This document shows, piece after piece, positions 17,749-27,457 of a stretch of DNA of 64,000 nt. The stretch's first letter is position 1. Every line of letters starts with the position of its first letter. The DNA is taken from the IMG/VR virus record IMGVR_UViG_3300034683_000041, positions 54,396 through 118,395 of that record; one strand, given 5' to 3'. The position numbers and the translations under genes are program-made. Source of the DNA: a virus. Under the pieces are notes generated by a model. That model was not told where the DNA came from, ran no database searches, and worked only from the letters and a program-made list of their open reading frames with translations.

Positions 17749-18567
17749 CTATCGATCATTCCCATGATCTACTACTTCCCGATCAGAACGAATCGAGAAA
17801 GCTCCACAAGTAAAAGTTTCACCTTCAGGACAATGTCCCAATTGGACACACTTAGGTCCAGCATTAGCGAAGATGACAGGATAATAGCGTTTTGCTATAG
17901 ACAGCATCTGACGAGCCACATCACGGATTTCCCATTGGGCACGAGTGCAACATCTTTCTGCAAAAAAGTGCATAAGAGCTCTCAAGTTCATCGTTGTAGT
18001 GATACTTGAAGCAGCAGCTTGAGGGGTAATGTAACGGGAGTCTTCAGCTTTTACGTCATTGTTGATAAAAAACCTATAAGTTTCCTCAACATGTTCCATA
18101 AGCGAAACAAACCGTTCGTACACTTCAGGATTCTCATGATTCATTATACTGGAAGGAACGATTGTAGCGATATGATGGAACTTAACATATCGCTGACTTT
18201 GCTGCGAATATGAAGCTAACCTGTGTCTCACCAGTTGATGAGTCATGGCACGAGATACATTCTGTATACTGAATGTCATAGTGACATGCTCTATAGGAGA
18301 CTGATGACTACTAGATTGCATCTTCAAAAGAAACTTCTGTGCAGCTTCATACGCATCAGCAGTTCGTGCATCAAGTTCTAGCTTACTAAGACTTGCAGCA
18401 TCAAGGTCATTAGTAAGTTTCAAGATGTCCCGGATAGAAGTATCTTCGGAGTAACATTGTCGATATCCTAAGAACACTTTAAGAAGGTTAAGCCGAGATT
18501 GGATAAGAGCATATTCGGGACAAATTGTTTCTTCAAAATACTCTACGTTTGCTTTAACTGGGTACAT
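17749..18567 (-). CDS. thyX: FAD-dependent thymidylate synthase
   Basis: HQSPIEH, VSRAMTHQLVRHRLASYSQQSQRY (RHRx7S), MNLRAL, AQWEIR. Confidence 0.95.
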   Translation of the reverse strand: MYPVKANVEYFEETICPEYALIQSRLNLLKVFLGYRQCYSEDTSIRDILKLTNDLDAASLSKLELDARTADAYEAAQKFLLKMQSSSHQSPIEHVTMTFSIQNVSRAMTHQLVRHRLASYSQQSQRYVKFHHIATIVPSSIMNHENPEVYERFVSLMEHVEETYRFFINNDVKAEDSRYITPQAAASSITTTMNLRALMHFFAERCCTRAQWEIRDVARQMLSIAKRYYPVIFANAGPKCVQLGHCPEGETFTCGAFSIRSDREVVDHGNDR

Positions 18568-18619
18568 GTCACATTTACCTGTACAGATTGATCATCTAAC
18601 ATCTCCTTATACCAGGATG

Positions 18620-19260
18620 GTTATCAACCCCATGTTGACATGGGATGTTCCATATACGTTAAAAGTTACATCCTCCATTCGTTATTCAGATCTACTCATG
18701 AAGAGTAGTCTGATACATAACATATACATGGCACCAGATGGTACCGTAACGTTGATCGTTGTGTGAGGTTCTTGTTCCATACGTTCTCTACTTACCTTAC
18801 GAGTAGAGAACGTAAGTTCTACTACTAGTGGAAATTCAGTTCACTCTACGCAACTATCCCCATAGGGGAGGATAGTTGCGTCCATATCGTTCTCTACCCC
18901 CTATGGGGGAGGATACGGAGTCTAGCACATGTGTGTGTCAAGTGTAGGACACACACATGCTTCTCGTTCTTGTCTATCAAGACAAGATGCGTAGAGTCTC
19001 GTTCACTCTTCTCTACTTACCTGTATGTATGTGTTGTACTCACATCTCACGTATAGATACACTTCTCTCTCAGTGTATCTATACTCTACTTATACTTATT
19101 TATATACATACATAACCCCAGCCCTGCCTCACGGGGGTGAGATCTAGTCATTTTATAATTACAGTGGTAATTTTTTACCACTTTTAGACTTATAAATTAC
19201 CACTATTTAAATATAATATTTATATATACCAATCTTTTGGTATATGTTGATTATTTCCTT
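18620..19260. other. hairpin- and repeat-rich non-coding region; candidate replication origin or structured ncRNA
   Basis: At least seven inverted repeats, recurrent CTCTAC-containing motifs, AT-rich right end; located at the main strand switch. Confidence 0.5.
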
Positions 19261-19298
19261 CGAATTCAATACTATGCAATTGATCCCGGAGGTACTAA

Positions 19299-20327
19299 AT
19301 GGATTACCAAAGTAAAATACAACAACTTAGATCCGTGTCTCCTACAGTAGACGAATATATCTCCAAAGGAGGATATTTAGTAGGAGTAGAAGATCCTGAA
19401 AGTGTCACAGATAGAGAAGTTCTTTTGTCGTGCTATCTTCTTCTTATAAATGAACTTCGTCAGATCGGAGTGAACTTCATTGGGGAGTTGGATGAGATAT
19501 TGTCCGATTTCTGGACAGCTGAAGGTCTACTGCAGTTGAGACAAGTTCTTGACCACGAATATTTATCTTCTCAGTTCAGTAATGACCAAGACCTCAAGTT
19601 AAACTTGGACGCATACATCAATGACTCGTATGTCCCTGAAATAGAAAAACTGGAACGAGTCCTTGTTGAAGTTTTAAAAGAAAAGATCATTTCTCCCAAA
19701 TATCAACAATTGTTTCAGGTGTATGGGCACTTTACTACGAATACGATATTTGATGATTATATCAATTATCTCTTAGAGAGTGCTGAGATTAAATTCGATG
19801 TGACTGCTACTGTAGAAGAACAGGCTGAGCTTATTAAGATAGTTCAGCAAAGTAGAGAGTTCTTTAAAGCCGCTATGAGCTTTTTGATCAAAGTCCGTCC
19901 TGATCTTGATAAAGAAAAGATACTGCACAGCGTACTTGATTATGATCTTGATAAGCTTCAGGTAGACGTACTTGATCAGATGGTATTTGCTATGCTGCGA
20001 GCTAAAGACGCAACTGATGCGTTGTCTGTCAAGATACGAGATGAGATATTGTTAAATCACCATCAAACTGCACGACATCACATCGAGTATTATGAGTATA
20101 GAAACACTCCTCCTGATCAGTATGACTTGATACAACTACTTGGACATTTTGTAGAACCTGGATCTACAAAAGAAGAATTTACTAAAGAAGTCGAAGTTCT
20201 TCTAAATCATCCCATAGTTCGTAAAGAAGATCATGGATATATACACAGATTGAGTGCTGCTCTGATAGAGATCTATGATGATGCGAACTTCCACATCCTT
20301 CAGAACAAATCGGTCAATGGGAAATAA
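19299..20327 (+). CDS. hypothetical protein
   Basis: 342 aa, GGAGG SD, ATACTATG upstream. Confidence 0.75.
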   Translation: MDYQSKIQQLRSVSPTVDEYISKGGYLVGVEDPESVTDREVLLSCYLLLINELRQIGVNFIGELDEILSDFWTAEGLLQLRQVLDHEYLSSQFSNDQDLKLNLDAYINDSYVPEIEKLERVLVEVLKEKIISPKYQQLFQVYGHFTTNTIFDDYINYLLESAEIKFDVTATVEEQAELIKIVQQSREFFKAAMSFLIKVRPDLDKEKILHSVLDYDLDKLQVDVLDQMVFAMLRAKDATDALSVKIRDEILLNHHQTARHHIEYYEYRNTPPDQYDLIQLLGHFVEPGSTKEEFTKEVEVLLNHPIVRKEDHGYIHRLSAALIEIYDDANFHILQNKSVNGK

Positions 20328-20331
20328 TCAC

Positions 20332-21705
20332 ATGCAGAACGAAAATATCATCCGCTGGTTGACTGACCCTATGCGTCGAGCTTCAATATGTACAAGAAGA
20401 GCACTTCTTTTGCTTGTGTCTTCTGTAGAAGTTGAACGTATACCTGATTTTGAAGAAGAACCAACTAGAGATCAAATACTTATCCGATCTGTGGACAGTG
20501 CAGTAGAACACAAACTTAAAACTTCTACTCAGTACGTACTGCAACGAGACACTAAGCATGTGTATGCGTTGAACTACCTACATGGACGCCAAGAGATGCA
20601 ATACATTTGTCTTGGTCCAGTAGGAGCAGCGCCTCTTCATATCTACGAAAAATTCATGTTAAAATCTGGCATGATAGAGAATTATGATGGTCCCCCTATA
20701 GAGACCACGTATGGTAGATACATCTCCAATTATCTCTTATTGGCAAATCCGTTCGGTTCGATGTTTCCGTATATCAATGATGTTTTCAAATTCAGCAACA
20801 TAGAGAATAATGCTGCTAAATTGGCTCTACAAGGAAAGCTTACTACTAATGAACTTTCCAGATATATGGATAATGCATTTTTCATGTCGATGTTAGCAGA
20901 GATCTGTGTACCGATATTTTCTCAAAGAGCATTGACTCCAAACCCAGAGATAGCTAAACGAAAAGCTGAGCTTCTTAAAAAGTACGAAGATGAGCTTAAA
21001 ACTGGGGATACCGCCATCGCAGTCAAAATAGAAGACGAACTCATCGAGATGGATAAACAGTACCTTAAAGGAGATCCTTCAGATGGGTTTTATTCTTCTG
21101 CAGGTAAGAAATATAACGTACACAGAAAATCACAATATCTTGCATTAGGACTTGTTGAAAAATTCCAACAAGAACGAGGTCAGTATACGTTCCTTGAAAC
21201 TGCACTGATAGATGGATGGAAACCTGAAGAGTTCGCTGACATCTGTTCTAACGCTCGACAAGGGAGTTATCGTCGAGGTATAGAAACAGAACAAGGTGGA
21301 GTACAAACAAAATATCTGTTAAGAACTCTTCAGAATCTCGAATTGACTGAAGAAGACTGCGGATCTAAAACTACATATACCGTTCTATTGACTAAAGAAA
21401 ACATCGAGGATCACATTGGATACTATGTAACCTCTGGCCCAAAGAGCAATGTCTATCTCGACGATACGAATAAATCTGAGTTCATTGGATCTACTGTCCA
21501 GCTCAGAACTCCTATGGGATGTAAAACTAAAAACGGATATTGCTATCGCTGCACTGGGCAGATATACAAAACTCTAGGAGTTAAAGAGGTTGGTCCTCGT
21601 GGACTGGAAATCGGTGCAGCATTCTTGACAGCTTCATTGAAAGCCATGCACGGTATAAAACTGTCCAGTATGGACATAAGCGACATCGACAATTATACTT
21701 TATAA
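20332..21705 (+). CDS. virion RNA polymerase beta-prime C-terminal subunit (phiKZ gp80-like)
   Basis: TTYGR, ARQGSYRRGIETEQGG, EEDCGS, LRTPMGCKTKNGYCYRCTG zinc site, KAMHG. Confidence 0.85.
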   Translation: MQNENIIRWLTDPMRRASICTRRALLLLVSSVEVERIPDFEEEPTRDQILIRSVDSAVEHKLKTSTQYVLQRDTKHVYALNYLHGRQEMQYICLGPVGAAPLHIYEKFMLKSGMIENYDGPPIETTYGRYISNYLLLANPFGSMFPYINDVFKFSNIENNAAKLALQGKLTTNELSRYMDNAFFMSMLAEICVPIFSQRALTPNPEIAKRKAELLKKYEDELKTGDTAIAVKIEDELIEMDKQYLKGDPSDGFYSSAGKKYNVHRKSQYLALGLVEKFQQERGQYTFLETALIDGWKPEEFADICSNARQGSYRRGIETEQGGVQTKYLLRTLQNLELTEEDCGSKTTYTVLLTKENIEDHIGYYVTSGPKSNVYLDDTNKSEFIGSTVQLRTPMGCKTKNGYCYRCTGQIYKTLGVKEVGPRGLEIGAAFLTASLKAMHGIKLSSMDISDIDNYTL

Positions 21706-21715
21706 GGAGAACTTT

Positions 21716-22336
21716 ATGTCGAATCCTAAAACTATCTCTCCGGAACAAGCTGCTACTGTAAAACCTGTCGTAGTAAAACCGGCTGCAGTAGAGGCTAAAC
21801 CGGATCCCAAATCGGAAGTAAAAACAGAAACCAAAGCGGAATCTAAACCTGCTCCGGAACAGGAACAAAAATCTGGTCAGGAAAACACCACCAAAATTAC
21901 CCCTCAGGTTCAGAATCGAGTACAGGAAGCTAAGCCTGTAGTATCCCCTACTCCTGAACCGGAAAAGACTCTGACCACTAGTCAGAAGAAATTTAATGAA
22001 GAAATAGCTAGCATAACCGAAGAACAGAAAAAAGTTCTTCCTGATGTTAAGATCATTCGTGCTCGCATGACGAGCATTTTACGAACTATCGTGGAAAATC
22101 CCGATACCGAATGGTTCGTTCGCAGGTGGATCGCTGAAGTTAAGAAATCCCCTAAACTTCTTCTTCGTCCCGATAGAATCATAGTCACGGAACAGAACCA
22201 GTATGTCTTTGAGAAAATATTTGTTTTGCACTCTTTGATTTACAATAAGGTAAGTTCAAATACCGAACTCAATTGGGACTATGCTGTTTCTATACTTGGA
22301 GAAACTGCACTGTTGCGATTTTTAAAGAAAAGATAA
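21716..22336 (+). CDS. hypothetical protein with P/K/E-rich low-complexity N-terminus
   Basis: 206 aa, AAGGAG SD. Confidence 0.7.
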   Translation: MSNPKTISPEQAATVKPVVVKPAAVEAKPDPKSEVKTETKAESKPAPEQEQKSGQENTTKITPQVQNRVQEAKPVVSPTPEPEKTLTTSQKKFNEEIASITEEQKKVLPDVKIIRARMTSILRTIVENPDTEWFVRRWIAEVKKSPKLLLRPDRIIVTEQNQYVFEKIFVLHSLIYNKVSSNTELNWDYAVSILGETALLRFLKKR

Positions 22337-22347
22337 CGTGGTTAATA

Positions 22348-22385
22348 CATGTAAGAGACCACCTGTGTCGGTGGTCTCTTACATG
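22348..22385. terminator. 16-bp-stem inverted repeat
   Basis: CATGTAAGAGACCACC-TGTGTC-GGTGGTCTCTTACATG. Confidence 0.7.
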
Positions 22386-22394
22386 CTGGGGGAG

Positions 22395-22940
22395 ATGGTG
22401 GTTAATAAATACACACTTAGCGACGTCGTATTGGGTGTATGCTACATCTTAGATAAATACAACATAAAAGTCACTGTTTCGAATATTGAACTTGCGATGT
22501 TTTATCTTAAACGATCCGGCATAGATGTCGAATGCGAATTCACTTTCATGGGAATGTTTCCTAAATCTCGAACATTGATAAATACACTCATGACGTTGTC
22601 CCAACAAAAAAGATTGGTGTGCAATTTAGAATCTAAATTTTGTTGCGTCAATCCTTGTGAATATACAGATCACATTGTGGAGCTAGCGACATCCGAGATA
22701 CTCCCTACTGCACTTGATTTGTTTGTTTATTTGATGGAACATCAAGACAATCCAGATCTAATGCTGTCAAAGATAATGTATGTCATTCATTTACGAGATA
22801 CGCTTAGAACGGAAAATAAAAGTGATAACATTGCAAGTGTCTGGATAAACCTGTGGAATTCCGGATATGTCACGCATCAGTATAAAGAGTTTAAAGAAAT
22901 ATACGATTGGATAGATACCACGGATCTTTATAAAAACTAA
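22395..22940 (+). CDS. hypothetical protein
   Basis: Start placed after the hairpin, near GGGGAG; exact start uncertain. Confidence 0.6.
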   Translation: MVVNKYTLSDVVLGVCYILDKYNIKVTVSNIELAMFYLKRSGIDVECEFTFMGMFPKSRTLINTLMTLSQQKRLVCNLESKFCCVNPCEYTDHIVELATSEILPTALDLFVYLMEHQDNPDLMLSKIMYVIHLRDTLRTENKSDNIASVWINLWNSGYVTHQYKEFKEIYDWIDTTDLYKN

Positions 22941-22944
22941 ACGT

Positions 22945-22985
22945 ACACGGAAGAGAACTGGTCTTACGACCAGTTCTCTTCGTGT
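22945..22985. terminator. inverted repeat between convergent genes
   Basis: GAAGAGAACTGGTC-TTAC-GACCAGTTCTCTTC. Confidence 0.7.
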
Positions 22986-23108
22986 TGGAACACATCACTA
23001 CAATAAGGAGATACTCGGAGAAGATATGTTCGTGATTTGTACCTTACACGAACCTTCGGGGACCAATCGAAAATCTTCTACCGCATACAATGCTGCAGTA
23101 GAATAAAA

Positions 23109-23636
23109 TTACTTAGGTTCAGATATTCCGTTTTCACTAAAGTCAAACGGATCAGACCGCAATTCGGTATCTGGTATCTCAAGATCAAGTTCTGCACAAG
23201 CTTTGGAGATCTCTCGTTCAGCTTCTTCCAATTGTGTTTTGTCAGTTGTACCATGTCGTCGTAAAGAAATTTCTCTAAGTACAGCGACTGCTGCTTTGCC
23301 AGTTTCTTTAGCATCTTCGTTAGTTTTATATTTCAAACGATAATTGATTCTCTGACCCATACTTTTCTCTCTAGAATCAATAGCATGCAATAATTTATCA
23401 ACAAGGGCAAGTCTAGAACTCGCAAGCTCAGGATCGACATTATTAATCTTAAGATCGATAGTTTCTACAGCTTCAGCAAGTCTACCGATTATTTCGTTAC
23501 GTATGACTGCAGTTTCATTAGCAGTTTCATCATACTTGTCCAATAATTTTGGTATGTCGGGAGATCCGTATTCCAAATCAATATAATCGGAAGCTGCTTC
23601 GGCTTTGGCTTTGGCAATGGCATCTTTTATGTTCAT
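23109..23636 (-). CDS. hypothetical helical protein
   Basis: GAAGGTG SD before ATG 23636; ATGCTATG motif upstream on the minus strand. Confidence 0.65.
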   Translation of the reverse strand: MNIKDAIAKAKAEAASDYIDLEYGSPDIPKLLDKYDETANETAVIRNEIIGRLAEAVETIDLKINNVDPELASSRLALVDKLLHAIDSREKSMGQRINYRLKYKTNEDAKETGKAAVAVLREISLRRHGTTDKTQLEEAEREISKACAELDLEIPDTELRSDPFDFSENGISEPK

Positions 23637-23730
23637 GGGTATCACCTTCACAAGTAAAAATTAATACTGTAGCATAGCATGTATAATTTTAATTTCACTT
23701 ATATAGATGCTTATCAAAAATTTTTAGGAC

Positions 23731-23738
23731 TATATTAC
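23731..23738 (+). promoter_or_regulatory. early promoter core TATATTAC
   Basis: Matches the phiKZ early promoter consensus; intergenic, upstream of 23806. Confidence 0.7.
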
Positions 23739-23805
23739 AAATTTAGATGTAGAATCTGGGCCTTCTATATTGACAATTCATCACGTAACATTAAAGGAGA
23801 CATCA

Positions 23806-24108
23806 ATGTCTGGGAGAATTTACTCTAGAAAACCGAAAACCCCTTGGAAGATATCCCTCGAGTTCGATGCCAATTCTAAAGTCTATTCATTTGCTGAAAT
23901 TAACGACACAGCTCAGGAAAGAATGTTGAAGTTAATGAACTTACTTGACATTCGCATCGGTATGCAAGAGCCTCTTCTGAAAGTAAAAATCAAGTACCTT
24001 TCTGACAAAGGTGAGCATCCCGGAGAGTACTTCCCACTGGATCGCTTACCGGATGCTGGTTCTCAGGTTACAATTCCCGGATATTGTGAGATCGTAAGGA
24101 AAGTATAA
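23806..24108 (+). CDS. hypothetical early protein
   Basis: AAGGAG SD before ATG 23806. Confidence 0.7.
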   Translation: MSGRIYSRKPKTPWKISLEFDANSKVYSFAEINDTAQERMLKLMNLLDIRIGMQEPLLKVKIKYLSDKGEHPGEYFPLDRLPDAGSQVTIPGYCEIVRKV

Positions 24109-24114
24109 CGTTCT

Positions 24115-24148
24115 GTAAGGAGTAGACCAATATTGGTCTACTCCTTAC
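24115..24148. repeat. perfect 34-bp palindrome without spacer
   Basis: GTAAGGAGTAGACCAAT|ATTGGTCTACTCCTTAC. Confidence 0.8.
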
Positions 24149-24191
24149 TTTAGGAAATATTTTTTTTTAAATTTGAAGATTAAAATACGCA

Positions 24192-24199
24192 TATATTAC
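24192..24199 (+). promoter_or_regulatory. early promoter core TATATTAC
   Basis: Intergenic, upstream of the gyrB-like gene. Confidence 0.7.
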
Positions 24200-24331
24200 T
24201 AAATTGATCTGAGGAAGTAGTAATAAGTCACCGTTGTTGAACTCTATATGTAGACACGAGATGCCCTTCCTTGCTAGTGGATTTTGTTGTCTACTCAAAA
24301 GTGTAACCAACATGTAGCTAAAGGACAGATG

Positions 24332-26842
24332 ATGAGTTTAAACCAAAAGTTAACAAGTTACGACGAAGGAGCAATCGAAACTAAAAACGATATGGAGTGG
24401 CTCAGACTTCGTCCAGAGAACCATATCCGTACAGTAGATGCTCAAGGTCAGTTACATGTCATCAAAGAAATATTAGACAACGCCCTAGACGAAACCGAGA
24501 TACGTCCAAATGGCAAAGTCGATATTCTTCTATTTCTGGATAGAAGAAAACACAAATGGCAAATCGCAATAGCTGACAATGGTCGAGGATTTCCATTCTC
24601 CGCATTTGTTCCTGCATTCACAGTACTTAAAACGTCCGGTAAATTTAACCGAGACTCATATGTAACTTCTAGTGGACTGAATGGTTTCGGTAGTAAAGTG
24701 GCAAATGCTCTGAGTGAGAATTTACGTGCTATCACTTGGAGAGATGGAAAAATAGCAACTCTACATACCCACCATTCTGACGTTGTAGATCACCATATAG
24801 AAAATTATTCTAACAATTACGGACACACTGGAACTGTCGTCATCTACGAACCATTGGACGAATATTTCGATGGGGTAGATGAGTTTGTCAATGACGCACA
24901 TTCTCAACTTTTTGACACTGCTCGATTACTTGGCATGTTCGCATCCAACAGCACCATAACTATCAAAGTAGTATCGAAAAGTTTAGATTCCAACGTGTGG
25001 ACTATTGGAGCAGAAGAAACACTCTCTCTTCTCTTCGATAAATACTGGAATGATCCTGCAACAGTCACTGTAGTGGATGGGACTGATCACAACGCTTCTC
25101 TTGATTTTCTCAGAACACTGTGGAAAGTAGACAGTAGTTTCATCTGGAGTGAACACTTCACATCGAAAGATATCCCTGAACTTGAGAATACCGTAATGAA
25201 AGTTCAGATGGAAGGCAAACGTTCTGTAGAGAAGCCAGTTCTTTTGATGTTTGATCTTACGATGTATTTGCCAAAGATCATGCGAGGAACGTGTGTTACT
25301 GCAGTTGTAAACAATATCCCATTAAAAGACAACAGTTCTAGTACGCACGTTGCAGCAGTTGCTGCTATGAAAACGATTCTCGCACCATTTGTAGACAATG
25401 AAGATTATCAAAAATTCTTCATCTCGGAGTATCGTCTACCTTTGTGTTTTGCTATGGGCATCAAGTTCGCAGAAGCAAGATTTGATTCTCTTGCCAAAGA
25501 TGCTATCTTTAACTTACCCTTTGAACGACGACTTCAGAACATGTTCGAAACTTGTTTTCGGATGTTCTCAGATGATTACTGGAAAGAACTTTATGAAAAG
25601 ATAGCTGACCATCTTGTTGTACAGTATCATGCGTATTATAACAAACCCATAACAAGCGCTAAAAGTTCTAAGAAACTTAGCTTGACCTTAGTAGATCAGA
25701 AGTTTCTTGATTGCAGTATCCGTGATCCTGAAAAATCAGAATTGTTCATAGTCGAAGGGGTATCTGCACAACACATAAGTGAAGGTCGAGATTCACGGTA
25801 CCAAGCTGCGATGATGATTCGAGGAAAACCCTTGAACGTTATGAAAACAGGTGGTAAAGGATCTACTCCTGTATCCAATCTGAACAATTACACTCCTTAT
25901 CAGGATCTTCAAAAAATCCTGAACGTACATCCAAGCCAAACCGATCTTAGTACTCTCCAATACAACAAGATCATTCTGCTCCAAGATGCTGACGTAGATG
26001 GAGGACATATTTCTACGTTACACATAGGTGCTCTTGCGAACATACACAAAGATCTTCTTCCTGCTGGCAAAGTGTATCTTGCTAACCCTCCACTCTACGA
26101 AGTCATAGTAGGGGATAAGAAAAAATATATACGAACCAAAGAAGATCTCATATATTTTCGAATCATTCAGTTGTACATGCCGGTACTTGATATCCATATA
26201 CAAGATAAAAATAAAACGATCTTTGTAGAACCCAAACAACTTCTTGATGATGAGTATATTGAGTTCTGCACACTGGTGAATCTTGTCGGAGACATCTACG
26301 ACGATCTTTCAAAAGAACTTGTCATCCCCAGATTGGTTCTCGAGTATATTGCAATGAATACTCACAGGCTACAAGGAAACTTGACTGATCGTGACATACG
26401 TAGTGTTTTTGGACATAGTTCGTCATATGACGTGCGTAGTGACATCATAACCATAGAGTTCGAAAGAAAAGACATTCGTTTCTCATTGACTGATGTTTGT
26501 GACGCACTTTATGAAGAGCTTCTCCCTCTGCTTCGCAAAATCTCGTACTTTGATATGCAGATCTTTGCCACTACGAACTACACTTCTCACTGGCAACAAA
26601 CGAAAGTCAGTTTAGTAACTCTGTACGAAACTTTCTTGCAACTGAATAGTAAATTAACCATCAAACGCCATAAAGGTGTAGGTGGTATGGACCCAAGTGA
26701 TCTAGAAAAGACTTGTGTTGATCCTAGCACGAGATTTTTACATCAGATAACTTCGGTAGGAGATATGGAACGAATTTGTCGCATTTTGGGCGACGATAGT
26801 TCCGTACGTAAGCAGATGCTCATCGATAGAGGACTACTGTAG
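24332..26842 (+). CDS. gyrB: type IIA topoisomerase subunit B (gyrase B-like)
   Basis: GHKL motifs EILDNALDE, DNGRGFP, TSGKF, GLNGFGSK; Toprim ELFIVEGVSA, IRGKPLNV, DADVDGGHI; RHKGVGGM. Confidence 0.9.
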   Translation: MSLNQKLTSYDEGAIETKNDMEWLRLRPENHIRTVDAQGQLHVIKEILDNALDETEIRPNGKVDILLFLDRRKHKWQIAIADNGRGFPFSAFVPAFTVLKTSGKFNRDSYVTSSGLNGFGSKVANALSENLRAITWRDGKIATLHTHHSDVVDHHIENYSNNYGHTGTVVIYEPLDEYFDGVDEFVNDAHSQLFDTARLLGMFASNSTITIKVVSKSLDSNVWTIGAEETLSLLFDKYWNDPATVTVVDGTDHNASLDFLRTLWKVDSSFIWSEHFTSKDIPELENTVMKVQMEGKRSVEKPVLLMFDLTMYLPKIMRGTCVTAVVNNIPLKDNSSSTHVAAVAAMKTILAPFVDNEDYQKFFISEYRLPLCFAMGIKFAEARFDSLAKDAIFNLPFERRLQNMFETCFRMFSDDYWKELYEKIADHLVVQYHAYYNKPITSAKSSKKLSLTLVDQKFLDCSIRDPEKSELFIVEGVSAQHISEGRDSRYQAAMMIRGKPLNVMKTGGKGSTPVSNLNNYTPYQDLQKILNVHPSQTDLSTLQYNKIILLQDADVDGGHISTLHIGALANIHKDLLPAGKVYLANPPLYEVIVGDKKKYIRTKEDLIYFRIIQLYMPVLDIHIQDKNKTIFVEPKQLLDDEYIEFCTLVNLVGDIYDDLSKELVIPRLVLEYIAMNTHRLQGNLTDRDIRSVFGHSSSYDVRSDIITIEFERKDIRFSLTDVCDALYEELLPLLRKISYFDMQIFATTNYTSHWQQTKVSLVTLYETFLQLNSKLTIKRHKGVGGMDPSDLEKTCVDPSTRFLHQITSVGDMERICRILGDDSSVRKQMLIDRGLL

Positions 26843-26851
26843 ACTACAAAG

Positions 26852-26877
26852 AAGGGGGTCGAATTTTCGACCCCCTT
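26852..26877. terminator. inverted repeat
   Basis: AAGGGGGTCGAA-TT-TTCGACCCCCTT. Confidence 0.7.
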
Positions 26878-26987
26878 ATCATATACTAGAGTGGAGGATA
26901 TTTTCGTTTATTTGCATTCTAAAACATCTAAATATAGTTTGGATAATGACCTATTCCAAATTAGTAGTGATCCGATGTGAGGAACAT

Positions 26988-27449
26988 ATGAAAATTAAAA
27001 CCTTTGCAGAAAGTCTGCAAGCGGCAGTGGTCAAAGTTACTAAAAACAGAAGTACCTTAAAAACAGGTACACTTTTGTTTGATAAAGATAGCTTCAAAAA
27101 CAACGCGCTATACCCCATAGCCAAACTTATACGATACGTATTCTACAAATTACAGATAACCGATGAGGAATATAAAGAAAAATTCCAACAATATTCGGAA
27201 GCATTGTTAGAGGAACCTTCTAAAATACATACTAACAGAAGAAACCTGTTGGATGCATTGAAGGCTAAAACATTAACCATTAAACAATTCGAAAAAGCAC
27301 TGACTGTGATGCAGTTCAGTATCACAGATATACAGTACACAATCAGGTCAAATGAAACAGGTGAAACTTACACCTTTGCTCTTTCAGATATCAATAAAGA
27401 AATCGAAAATGACAAAGTAGAACGAAATGGTTCTATTTCTGAGGAATAG
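26988..27449 (+). CDS. hypothetical protein (possible DNA-binding jumbo-phage family)
   Basis: GAGGA SD before ATG 26988; RRNLLDALKAKTLTIKQFEKAL resembles a recurrent phiKZ-like helical family. Confidence 0.65.
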   Translation: MKIKTFAESLQAAVVKVTKNRSTLKTGTLLFDKDSFKNNALYPIAKLIRYVFYKLQITDEEYKEKFQQYSEALLEEPSKIHTNRRNLLDALKAKTLTIKQFEKALTVMQFSITDIQYTIRSNETGETYTFALSDINKEIENDKVERNGSISEE

Positions 27450-27457
27450 GTGCAAGT

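Noticed and set aside
18566-18766. 66-aa ORF at the start of the large intergenic region
   Set aside because: No SD, overlaps the thyX start head-to-head and runs through inverted repeats; probably spurious, though not excluded
18780-19084. Possible CRISPR array or tRNA cluster
   Set aside because: Hairpins differ in sequence, spacing is irregular, no cas genes are present, and no cloverleaf with T-loop was found
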